Origin: an uncultured Flavobacteriales bacterium
GTDB taxonomy: Bacteria; Bacteroidota; Bacteroidia; Flavobacteriales; BACL11
DNA: 64,000 nucleotides
Direction of reading: 5' to 3'
Assembly: GCA_943788405.1 (NCBI GenBank)
Contig: CALSQD010000002.1
Location: 1,133,701-1,197,700 of the forward strand
Shown: one piece after another, positions 10,401 through 20,300 of the stretch
Layout of the letters: every line of letters starts with the position of its first letter
Position numbering within the stretch: the first letter of the stretch is position 1
Translations under genes and position numbers: made by a program
The notes under the pieces: generated by a model
The model's database searches: none
What the model saw: the letters and a program-made list of their open reading frames with translations, nothing else
Told to the model about the DNA's origin: nothing

Positions 10401-11054
10401 ATAAGTATACGGAGAAACTCCATTAGAAGGAATAACTACTCCAGTACCATCACATAACCCTATACAACTTAATGTATCGCTAATTGTAGTAGAATTCACT
10501 TCATTTGGATTAGACAAACTAAAAGTATCTATTCTTATACAATTATTTGCATCCATTGTAGTCAAAACATAAATACCACTATCTAAATTACTCCTATTAA
10601 GTAAATTTACTCCATCATCCCACACATAAGTATATGGAGGTGTTGCTCCACCAATGTTTAAGTCTATACCCCCATCTGCATAATTGAAACATGTTGGATT
10701 AGTTAAAATTTCAAAGACTGAGAAATTTGGTGGGTCTTCAACTGTTGAAATCTGAGAATTATCAACTAAATTACCATTAACATCTGTAATTGTCACCAAA
10801 TGACTACTTGCACATAAACTGTCTCTTGAATTATCTCCTGCAGTAGAAACATTACTATTATTCCACTCAAAAGAATAGGGCTGATTATTCCCAATAACTT
10901 CAATAGCAATTCTGCCATCACAAGTATCATGACAACTAGCATTAGTTATATAATATATTATTGTATCAGCATATTGTGTAGGATAAATAGTATCACATTG
11001 TTGAGAAAAGCTAAATATTGGAAGGATAGAAAGTAAGAGTAAATATTTTTTCAT
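7467..11054 (-). CDS. SprB-repeat cell-surface adhesin with T9SS type B C-terminal sorting domain
   Basis: Signal peptide. About 14 repeats of C.G..DG.I......GG..PY.Y.W.NG.....I..L..G.Y...V.D.N.C. C-terminus GFTPNNDNIHDEW...VKIYNRWGQEIY...WDGKFNG...AAYYYII...GTVTIKR. Confidence 0.9.
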   Translation of the reverse strand: MKKYLLLLSILPIFSFSQQCDTIYPTQYADTIIYYITNASCHDTCDGRIAIEVIGNNQPYSFEWNNSNVSTAGDNSRDSLCASSHLVTITDVNGNLVDNSQISTVEDPPNFSVFEILTNPTCFNYADGGIDLNIGGATPPYTYVWDDGVNLLNRSNLDSGIYVLTTMDANNCIRIDTFSLSNPNEVNSTTISDTLSCIGLCDGTGVVIPSNGVSPYTYSWDNGQANDTANNLCYGVNTVFITDANGCLDTNEVDIINPDTLKLSNITIDSACYQICDGQLSVTIEGGEAPYLTEWSLGGNIFNTTDTITNNDLCPADYQIKFTDANNCIDSVLIPLIERDSFVIQDWIINDSCYNSCTGQITVQLLNQESPPFIYDWSNGGNDTVISNLCSDTFELVLIDERLCRDTLNFYVEPGDSMYFEDVEVTHNSCYGDEDGVISLINFNGGVQPLDYLWSNTETTSGINSLPSGFYNVTITDANGCSLDSSNIEVSQPDSLFATASSADVSCFGGSDGLIDIDLFGGVVPYFISWDIVIPDSTLIDTVSAGVYIYSVIDSNNCTIIDTIIIEEPEELVLSDSIVDVLCKGDATGEIHLEVEGGVSPYQYSIDNGANFQLQAYFDNLIAGSYSIIVKDANDCEITSNLLDVSEPLTNITAGLTSPNLLCFGDVGTIILSVSGGTPSYSFLWSNGAITQNLIGAGSGYYEVTIFDANDCELVENINVSSPDEIIVSEVITNLSCFEDGTGEIDISITGGITPYVLSWSNGETTSDINWLDADTYTLNLTDDNGCTDSYNYDVDQPDLLELTSIVSHVACFGESNGEIDITVTGGTSPFNFDWSNLTSNEDLQNIPVGSYDITVTDINNCSIPLTTIAVNEPTEISYTITLTDLVCNNVDEGEVSISVSGGTPAYSYSIDGGATYQSSNNFYDLQSNNYDVVIQDASLCQKQEIVTLNQPIGYSTSVIITNIEGCNGESTGVIDFTLTGSTPPYTYNWSNNESSSSIYNLTAGNYEVIVSDANNCEMTYSYFVAEPEAIFLDYDIQLASCEEKNDGAITTMVIGGTAPYYYQWGTGETTADIFYLSKGQYSLSVSDSKGCTLPIKYFDVSFDGLNGCVEIPSGFTPNNDNIHDEWVIYGLSDFQDVVVKIYNRWGQEIYSSKGYYKPWDGKFNGVDLPTAAYYYIIDLNESDKVFNGTVTIKR

Positions 11055-11286
11055 CTATATTATTTTATAGCGCTAATAATACGAAAACTAAATTAAAAAA
11101 ACAATCCGAATTTCACTTACAAAAAAAAACACAAAACACTCTGCAACAGTATTATAAGATTTTATTATATTTAATAACCATAAAATTCCAATAGATTTTA
11201 AATAATTTATAATGACAATCGTTTAGCTGTAAACCTGTCATACCTTAGTGTGTCGTGCGTCATACCCAGCTGGACACTTTTGTAGT

Positions 11287-11940
11287 TCATTTCATGCATT
11301 CTTTTAGTGCCTCATAAGGCGTTTTACCTTGAAAAGCCATATGCGGCCTGTCAAAGTTATAAAAATTTTCCCAATGCCACAATTTTGCTTCTAAATCCAC
11401 ATCATCTTTATATGAAATTAGCTGATAAAATTCTCTTTTATCTGTTAAATGAGACCTTTCTACCTTTCCATTTAATTGAGGTGTTCTTGCCTTAATATAC
11501 TGATGTCTCATGCCTAAATCTTCAACATGCCAATGAAATTTTGCTTGAAATTCATGCCCTCTATCTGTCCTAATTGTGTTAATCCTAAATGGAAATTTTT
11601 CCACTACATAGTTGATAAAGTCAATTGCATTTTTTTGAAGGTGTCGATTATATATTTTTAACGCTCTTATTCTTGTTGCATCATCAATAGCTGTGTACTG
11701 AAAGCGCCTTACAACACCTTTTTCAGTATCAAAGTTTAGAAACTTTACATCAACCTGTACATGATGACCAGGCACTGTTTTTGCATATCTTTTGGAATGT
11801 AATGTTCTTTAGTTAATAGTATTTATACCACAACTATCCCCTATATCAGTATACTTCTTATAATCTTCTATGTAATCATAAAGAGCTCCTATCTCTAGTA
11901 AGTCCCTTTTTAAAGAGTTAGATATTTCAGTGCTTCCCGC
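11287..11940 (-). pseudogene. IS481-family (rve/DDE integrase core) transposase remnant, 5'-truncated and interrupted by an in-frame stop
   Basis: The catalytic core is intact in 11287-11775 (PGHHVQVDVKFL, YTAIDDATR, RTDRGHEF, PQLNGKVERSH, FYNFDRPHMAF). The same frame continues upstream across a TAA at 11809-11811 (...DSCGINTIN*RTLHSKRYAKTVPGHH). It has no Met or normal HTH region and runs into the neighbouring gene's terminator. Confidence 0.7.
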
Positions 11941-11949
11941 TACTAAAGA

Positions 11950-11980
11950 AAAAGCCACTCAATTGAGTGGCTTTTTTATT
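11950..11980 (-). terminator. Rho-independent terminator hairpin downstream of the 11997..13076 gene; T-runs on both strands
   Basis: GCCACTC (11954-11960), loop AATT, GAGTGGC (11965-11971). It is flanked by an A-run and a T-run, so a U-tract follows on either strand. Confidence 0.6.
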
Positions 11981-11996
11981 TTTTTAGTAAAATCAA

Positions 11997-13076
11997 TTAT
12001 TTCAGAATAACCTTCTTAATTATTTCCCCACTAACTGTTTTTAATTTTAAATAATAAATACCTTTAGCATATCCTGATAAATCCAAACTTGTTGTTTGCA
12101 TAAATTCTTTATTCAGAATTATTTTACCATTTACATCTACTATACTTAAATCTGTTAACTCATTGTCTTTAGCATCAACAGTTAAATTATTAGTTGCCGG
12201 AACAGGATAAATATTAAAATTAGAAGCAGATAGATTAGCTACTGAAGCAGGTACTGGTGAATGCATAAATTCAACACCATTAATATCTCCATAATCATCT
12301 ACATCCATTTGAACTAGAATAAATTTAGCATTTACATCATTTGTCCACCATTGATATGAATTCTGAACATCTGTTTCATTCGGAAGCAAAGCAGCAGCTG
12401 AAAACCAACCACTATTCATATTAAACATAGTATCTGTACAATAAACTGAATACTCTGAAATTGTTGTAGTTGTATTATTCACTCTTAAAGCATCAAAAAC
12501 ACCCATAGGTATTGTTACATTTCCATAAGCATCAACTGTAACATCCGAACCAACAGCCATAGTAATTCTGATAGAATCAATTGTATGAGCTAAACCTAGT
12601 GTAAGCAATGGCGCTAAGGTATCAGGAAAAAACATATTCGGCATAACTGAATCCATTACAACTGATGAAGGAATATTAACTGTATTACCATAAACTATCG
12701 GCAAAGGAGTTACTAAAAATGAATATGGAAGAGCATCAAAACCAACAACTGATAAACTTGTAACAGATTTCTCAATATAGATATATTCCCCATCCTCCTC
12801 AATACATAAATTTGCGGAAGGATGAACACTAGCAAATGGAGTGCTAGCAGGATCAATAAATTCAGTTGTATCATATTCTAGCACTTGTAAAGCAGAGAAA
12901 TCCCAAGTTTGATTTGCACCAGCACTACCAACAGTTATTGAATTAGCAGGAAGAGAATCAGAAGCTTGATAAATCACATCTCCAATATTGACTAAATCAG
13001 CATCAGTAACTGTAATTTGTGCTACAGCCAATACATTAGTAAAAGCTAAAGCAATTGTAAATAGTTTTTGTTTCAT
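11997..13076 (-). CDS. Secreted protein of unknown function with T9SS type A (Por_Secre_tail) C-terminal sorting domain
   Basis: Signal peptide MKQKLFTIALAFTNVLAVAQ. C-terminus NIYPVPATNNLTV...LSIVDVNGKIIL...LDLSGYAKGIYYLKLKT..GEIIKKVILK matches the type A CTD pattern. Confidence 0.85.
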   Translation of the reverse strand: MKQKLFTIALAFTNVLAVAQITVTDADLVNIGDVIYQASDSLPANSITVGSAGANQTWDFSALQVLEYDTTEFIDPASTPFASVHPSANLCIEEDGEYIYIEKSVTSLSVVGFDALPYSFLVTPLPIVYGNTVNIPSSVVMDSVMPNMFFPDTLAPLLTLGLAHTIDSIRITMAVGSDVTVDAYGNVTIPMGVFDALRVNNTTTTISEYSVYCTDTMFNMNSGWFSAAALLPNETDVQNSYQWWTNDVNAKFILVQMDVDDYGDINGVEFMHSPVPASVANLSASNFNIYPVPATNNLTVDAKDNELTDLSIVDVNGKIILNKEFMQTTSLDLSGYAKGIYYLKLKTVSGEIIKKVILK

Positions 13077-13143
13077 ATTTTTATTTTATAATTAATTTAA
13101 TTATCTCAATCTCATTATCATTTAAACTTTTATAAAGTCTTGA

Positions 13144-13172
13144 CAAAGTTATAACAAATAAAATAAATCAAA
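13144..13172 (-). promoter_or_regulatory. Candidate Bacteroidota sigma-A promoter (-33 TTTG / -7 TAnnTTTG) for the 11997..13076 gene
   Basis: The minus strand reads TTTG (13172-13169), then 17 nt, then TAACTTTG (13151-13144). The -7 element ends about 68 nt upstream of the ATG at 13076. Confidence 0.35.
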
Positions 13173-13209
13173 AACATAAAACATCTAATTCTTATCTATT
13201 CAGTAAATT

Positions 13210-13335
13210 CTATTTTATTTCTGATGAAGCAAAAACAGCACATTGTTGATTGGAAGTCGCACAAGAGGTAAGTGTTAAAACAAGTATAGTAATAATTGAA
13301 ATGCAAATAAGTTGCAAAATTCTTTCTCTAATCAT
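13210..13335 (-). CDS. Candidate 41-aa lipoprotein; small ORF absent from the supplied ORF track
   Basis: Hand translation of the minus strand gives MIRERILQLICISIITILVLTLTSCATSNQQCAVFASSEIK*. It has a basic n-region, a hydrophobic core and the lipobox L-T-S-C. A near-consensus TAACTTTT sits upstream (13391-13384). Confidence 0.4.
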   Translation of the reverse strand: MIRERILQLICISIITILVLTLTSCATSNQQCAVFASSEIK

Positions 13336-13411
13336 AATAGTAAGTTTTTTTGATTATAGAAATTTTTACGAGTAACATATTTTAAAAGTTACAGTTTTGT
13401 ATTTTTACCTA

Positions 13412-14221
13412 ATGAATTATTTAAACAAATTAGGTTCCAATAAAAGGATTCTTTATTTTTTTATGATGCGACAGAAAATTGCAATTAAGAACCTATTTTA
13501 TTCAAATGCTAAGAATCAGCACCTTTTTATCTTAAGCCCTCCTTTTTGTGGGTCAACCTTATTAAATGAGATTATTTCTTCTTCTGATAATGTTAGTTGC
13601 AATAATAATATTGGATTAAGAGAAGGACAGCATTTACCAATTGTAAAAGATATTTTATTTACAAAAGATAGATGGGACACTAAAAAAAAAATCAATTGGC
13701 AGCTCATCCATTCCATTTGGAATCGGTATTGGGATAAATCAAAAGGTGTTTTTTTAGAAAAAAGTCCCCCAAATATTTGTCGAGCAAAAAAAATTGAAAA
13801 TGAATTTATAAATGCAAGGTTTATTTGTTTAGTAAGAAATCCTTACGCTCAAGTAGAGGGGAAAATGAGAAGATACAACACAAGTGCTGAAGAAGCAGCT
13901 AAATTAAGTATTCAATACCTTAAATATCAAAAAGAAAATATTGAGCAGTTAAAAAACACTTTATTAATCAGCTATGAAGACTTAGCTGAGAATACAAATA
14001 ATATAAAAAAGACTATAATTACTTTTTTGCCAGAATTATCAGATATTAATACTAAGTTAAAATTTAAAGCACATAACTTAAGGGCTGAAAAGAATATGGC
14101 TATCACAAACTTAAATCCTGAGAAGATTGCCAAAATTAAAAAAGAGGATTTATTAATTATTAATGGCGTCTTTGAAAAAGAAGAAAAACTACTTAATTAT
14201 TTCAATTACCAAATAATATAG
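13412..14221 (+). CDS. Sulfotransferase-family protein, stand-alone
   Basis: 5'-PSB-like loop LSPPFCGSTLL and 3'-PB-like CLVRNPYAQVEG. Start is uncertain: the track gives TTG 13397, and ATG candidates lie at 13412 and 13463. Confidence 0.65.
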   Translation: MNYLNKLGSNKRILYFFMMRQKIAIKNLFYSNAKNQHLFILSPPFCGSTLLNEIISSSDNVSCNNNIGLREGQHLPIVKDILFTKDRWDTKKKINWQLIHSIWNRYWDKSKGVFLEKSPPNICRAKKIENEFINARFICLVRNPYAQVEGKMRRYNTSAEEAAKLSIQYLKYQKENIEQLKNTLLISYEDLAENTNNIKKTIITFLPELSDINTKLKFKAHNLRAEKNMAITNLNPEKIAKIKKEDLLIINGVFEKEEKLLNYFNYQII

Positions 14222-14263
14222 TACTCTCTTATTTTTTTAATTTAAAATATTGATAAAAAAAAA

Positions 14264-14290
14264 GAAGCCCGAGCAAATTGCTCGGGCTTC
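14264..14290. terminator. Bidirectional rho-independent terminator between convergent genes
   Basis: GAAGCCCGAGC (14264-14274), loop AAATT, GCTCGGGCTTC (14280-14290). Preceded by A9 and followed by a T-containing tail. Confidence 0.65.
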
Positions 14291-14315
14291 TTAATATTAA
14301 GAATTAACTTACTTC

Positions 14316-17300
14316 TTATTGAAGGATTAATTTCTTATTAACCACACCATTATTAGTTGTGATTTCTAAGAAGTAAACTCCTTTAGTATAAGTAGCTAAA
14401 TCAATTGACTTAGTATACTCACCAACAAACTGTTCTAAGTTTTCAGTGTATACAACTTCACCAACAACATTGATTATTCTAACATCTAAATCTTGAGCAT
14501 CTTCTGATGTGAAAGTCACATTAAAGATATCTCTAGACGGGTTAGGATAAACATCTAAGTTATTGATTGCTGTACCACCATCAACTCTGATTGAAGCTGG
14601 CTGAGTCCAGAAGATTGGAGATGTCCAACCTGTAGAACGATAAGTTCCACCAGCAGGGTCACACCATGTTCTTGCTGAAGCACGGTAAGGTTGTCCTGGA
14701 GTTAATCCATTCTTATCTTTAGTAAGAGCTGGATAGAATACTCCAAATCCACCGGCAGTTGTCCAAGCAGCACCTGTAGTGTCCACTCTTAACTTAATAC
14801 GAACGAAACTATAAGCAGCTGTTGTATCCCATGTAAATGTAGCTTTTGTAGTAGTTGGTGTACTAGCTGCAAAGTTAATTACATTTGGACATTCATCAGC
14901 TGTAGTAAAGTTTTGGATAGCAGACCATCCAGAAACACCACCACCACAATACCAAGCTTTCATGTAGTACTCATAAGTAGTTGAAGGAGTTAATCCTAAA
15001 ATTTTCTTACTTGTAGTATTCAAGCCAAAGATACATAGACCAGAACCTGACATTGTCTTAGAAGACCATGAGCTTGTTCCTGCTTCTCTATATCTAATAC
15101 GGTATTGTTCAACCATACAGTTTGCATCATTCATATTATCCCAGTTAATTCTTGCTCTATCGTGAATTAACTCATTAACATATGCTCCTGTTGGTGAAGG
15201 ACTAGTACATGTACTAACAATTGTACAAGAACCATCATCTAAACAAGCTGTAGGATCGTAATTAGATGCAGTAGGATCAGTACAACCAGCCACTAAACAA
15301 CAAGTACCATCTTCAACATTTGCTCCAGCATAATAGTTAAATGCAGTTGGATCAGTACAACCGTACACAATCGCAATACAAGAAGCTGGATCACTACAAG
15401 TAGCTGTAGAATCATAGTTAAATGCAGTTGGGTCAGTACAACCATAAACAGTATTACAAGAACCATCATCTGTATTAGCTAATGGATCGTAATTACAAGC
15501 TAATGAATCCGTACAACCATTAACAACAACTATACATACAGCACCTCCAATAGAGATATCAGTGTAAGTACCAGCAGCAGCTCCAACTAATGAACCGAAA
15601 TCAAATGAGATTTCAGAATCATACGAACCACCACCAACAGTTACATCATAACAACCAGTTGGTAAACATAAAGTATCAGAGAATGAAGAACCAGAAGTCA
15701 TTCCTCCAGTAGCTACAGAAGCTCCACCAGTTGAAATATCATAAGTTCCACCATTCCAACCATCACCCCATGAATCGTATCCATTGAATACAACTTCATT
15801 GTCTGTACAAGGGTACATACAAGAACCGTCATCAACAGTAGCTGCAGAGTTATAGTTAGTTGCAGTTGAGTCAGTACAACCTAATACAGCACAAGCAGCT
15901 GAACCAGTTGAGAAAGTGAATGAACCTGCAGAACCAGAAAGTAAACCTCCTAGAGCAACTCCATCAAGATCAAATGTTGAACCATTCCAACCATCACCCC
16001 ATGAATCAAGCATATCAACTGTATAACAGTCGTCAGCTAAACATGTGTCTAATGAGAATGGAGCACCACCAGTTAATACAGTATTACCTGCACCATCAGT
16101 TAATGTCCAAGAAACTTCACTCATGTATGAACCACCACCTACAGAGATATTAGCATAAGTACCTACACAGTAAGTACAAGAACCATCATCTTGAGTTGCA
16201 GCTGGATCATAATTAGTTGCAGTTGAATCAGTACATCCTAAAATAGGACCACAGTTAGCACCACCTACTGAAACATTAGTATAAGTACCAGCAGCAGCTC
16301 CAACTAAAGAAGCAAAGTTGAATGAAACTTCAGAAAGGAATGAACCACCTCCTACAGTTACATCATAACAACCAGTTGGTAAACATAAAGTATCAGTAGC
16401 AAAGTATCCTGAAGTAAGACCTCCTGTTGCAACAGAAACACCACCTATAGAAACATCATAAGTAGAACCATTCCATCCATCACCAAAAGAATCAAACATT
16501 TCAAAATTTACTAAGTTGTCTGAACAAGAAATCCACCAAGCACATGAACCATCATCAACAGTAGCTGTTGGGTCATAGTTATAAGCAGTACTATCAGTAC
16601 ATCCGTAAACTTGAGAACCATCTACTAACGACATTGCATCAATTACAATATCTGAATAGTATGTTGAACCAGTGTTTCCTGTAATTTTCACAGTCAATCC
16701 TGTTGCAGCATAAGCAGAAACATCTATACCTGCTTGCACCCAATCAGCACCTTGATCGCCAGAAGCAGTCCATGTTGAATCCCAAGTCATTCCTCCATCA
16801 GAAGATAACTCAACAACTAGTGACATAGTACTAGTAGCAGCATTTGCACTACCATCATACATATTGTACCAAAAGTTTAGTTGAGCGTTAGATAAAGTAG
16901 ATAAGTCAAAACAATGAGATGTCATAGAAATATCATTATTATAATTACCTGAAGCTTCAACATACATGTAGTAAGCGCCTTCCATTGCATAACCAGTTCC
17001 ACCATAATTAGTAGAGTAGTTAGGCCCTGTGAAAGAAGATCCTGTACCTAAGTTATCATGAATCCAGTTACCATAAGAAGCACTATTACCTGAATTATCA
17101 TCAGTGTTTTGCATCCAGTCAGCTGGAGTTAACGCTAATTGAGAAATACCATCTTCAAATCCTGTAGCGTATCCATTTGCCACATGACAAGGATATACAC
17201 AAGAACCATCAGAAGCAGTAGCAGCTGGGTTATAGTTAGATGCTAATGCATCCATACAACCATAGATAGCACTTACAATGCTGATATTATCAACAAAAGA

Positions 17301-20300
17301 GTTATCACCACAACCGTAGTAGTCATCATAGTACTTACCACATGATTGGAAATCAATAGTTATTGACTGACCAGCAAAAGCAGATAAGTCGTAAGTATGA
17401 TTTACCCAAGCATCACCACAAGTAGCAGTAGGATTATAGTAATCGTTACCAGCAGTTGAAGTTAATACAGTAGTATCAGATTTAACTCTGAACCAAGAAT
17501 AAGTAACATTGAAAGAAGCTTCTTGTCTTAAATCAAAACTCATAGCAACTGTAGAACCAGGAGCAAATGAAGTTAAATCAACACAAAGTGAAGCAGTTGC
17601 AATATGCGTAGGTGAATTAGTAAATGCATCAATACCTGTAGCATAAGGGGAGCCCCATCCAACAGATGTTCCACCTTGACCTTGCCAAGAGTAAACTCCT
17701 TGCGAGTTAGATGAATCAACAGAAGAAGTAGATCCTGTATTAGAAATCAATGACAAGTCTGCAGCCATACCTGTTTCAAAGTCCTCAGTATAAGGGAATG
17801 CATCCGCACAACCAGGATATGCACAAGTACCATCATCAGTATTAGCAGTAGCATCATAGTTAGTTGCTAATGGATCAGTACATCCGTAAATGTAACAACC
17901 TAAAGAAGCAGCACTTAATGAAGCCGAACCAGTAGAACCAGAAGCTAAAGTAGCTGTAGTAGATACACCAGACATTGCTTCAGTAATAGCGAACACATTT
18001 CCGTTCCATCCATCACCATAAGAATCAGCCATATCTAAAGTATAACAACCATCAGCTAAACAAGTATCTAAGTTAAATGGAGCACCACCACTAAGTACAG
18101 TTGTACCAGCAGCATCTATTAAGTTCCAAGAAACTTCTGATTGGAATGAACCATTATCACAGTTGATGTTTACATACGCATAACCAGGACCACATGTAAT
18201 ACAAGAACCATCATCAGAATTAGCAGCAGCATTATAGTTAGATGCAGTAGAATCAGTACAACCATATACAGGAGTAACAGCTACAGCAATGTTGATATTA
18301 TCAACAAAAGAGTTATCACCACCTTGATAGTAGTCATCATAGTATTTACCACAAGATTCGAATACAATAGTAGCTTGCGTACCTGCTAAAGCAGATAAAT
18401 CGTAAGATACATTGTACCAAGCATCAGCATCAGCTGTTGCAGGAGAATAGTAATCTCCACCAGCAGAGTTTAATAATACATTAGTACCATCAGTAACTCT
18501 GAACCATGAGTAAGTAGCATTAAATGAGAATGTTTGTCTTAAATCAAATGTCATCATGATTGATTGACCAGCATAAGCTGTTAAATCCATACATAATGAA
18601 CCTGAAGCAATATGATCAGGAGAATAAGCAAATGCATCTGCTCCTGTACTGTAAGGGGTATTCCAACCTACATAAGAATCACCTTGACCGTGCCAAGAGA
18701 AAGTACCATTATTAGTTGAATCTACAGAAGAAATAGACCCACCTACAGTCCATCCTAAAGTAAGATCAGCACCCATTCCAGAAGAGAAATCTTCAGTATA
18801 AGGTAATGAAGTACCACAACCAGGATAAATACATAAAGTACTATCCATAACATTTGCGCCTGCATCATAATTCACTGCAGACATGTCCATACAACCAACA
18901 TATGCACAAGAATCAGCCAATACAGCTGTTGAATCATAGTTATTAGCTAAAGGATCCATACAACCAATAGCACAAGTAGTGTTTAATGATAATGCACCAG
19001 TAAATGGAGCACCACCAGAAGCAATAATTGTACCAGTAGCATCTACTAAGTCCCAAGATACTTCTGACTGGAATGAACCAAAGTCACAAGTAATATTGTA
19101 ACAACCATCAGGAATACAGAAAGTTGAAGAGCCAACTGAACCACCTGTTAAAGTACCAGAAGCAACAGCAGATCCTAAAATAACATCTTGTAACATCCAA
19201 GTATTACCATTCCATCCATCACCCCATGAATCATACATATTTAATGTAAGCATGTTGTCAGTACAGTAAACACAAGCAGAACTATCCATGATAGTTGCAG
19301 CAGGATCAAAGTTTGTAGCAACAGGGTCCATACAACCAACAATACAAGTAGAATTTACTCCAAATACATCAGAAGCAGAATTACCAGTTGCAACAGTAGC
19401 ATTAGCGATTAAAGTATCACCATTAGCATTTTGAACCATGATTCCACCAGAACCATAACCCCATCCGTCACCCCAGGTATCTTGCATTTCGATAGTAAAA
19501 CAACCATCATTAACACAAGCAGTAGTAACATAAGTAGCAGTACCAGTAGCATAAGGAACAGAAGCAGCAACAGTATCTCCATTAGCATTTATAATTTGCC
19601 AAGAAGTTTCATCTGCATAAAAATCAGAATTATAAGTAATTGTAATTTCATCATCATATCCATAGTATGCACAAGTATATGTACAAGAACCATCATCTAA
19701 ATTAGCTGAAGCATCATAATTAGTTGCAACTGAATCAGTACAACCAGGGTAAGTACAAGAACCATCATCTTGATTAGCAGCAGCATTGTAATTAGAAGCT
19801 AAAGTATCAGTACATCCAGGAGTAATGTTAACCATTACAAATCCTGACCAAGTAGCAGTACAACCATTACAGTCAGTTACTGTACAAGAAACAGGACCCA
19901 TTCCTAAACCAGATACATCTTCAGTAGCAGCACCAGTTGACCAAGCATAAGTATAAGATGCAGTACCATAATTAATAGTACCAGCAAAGTCTCTTGCTCC
20001 ATTTGGAGGACCAAATACTGAACCACTAAATGCTACATAAGTTCCTAAACCAGCTCCATTAGAGATAGTAAGGTTAGCATCAGTTGCAATAGTAGAAGTA
20101 TAAGCAGGTGCATTCCCTGAAGTATATTCCATACCATTATCAGAAATAATATAAATTCCAGTAGTGTCACCAGCACTCATAGCAATAGAAACAGGAACAT
20201 TAACAGTACCTGCAACATTTAACATAGTAGCTTGAGTAGCTACAAGTGTCCATGAAGATGCATTTAACTCATGCCCCTCAGCAGAACCAGATTTTGTATA

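Noticed and set aside
11287-11775. Treating the 162-aa integrase-core ORF as an active transposase or mobile element.
   Set aside because: The listed Met is an internal position of the family (…KRYAKTV-PGHH…). The upstream continuation carries an in-frame stop and lacks the DNA-binding N-terminus. No pair of inverted repeats could be identified.
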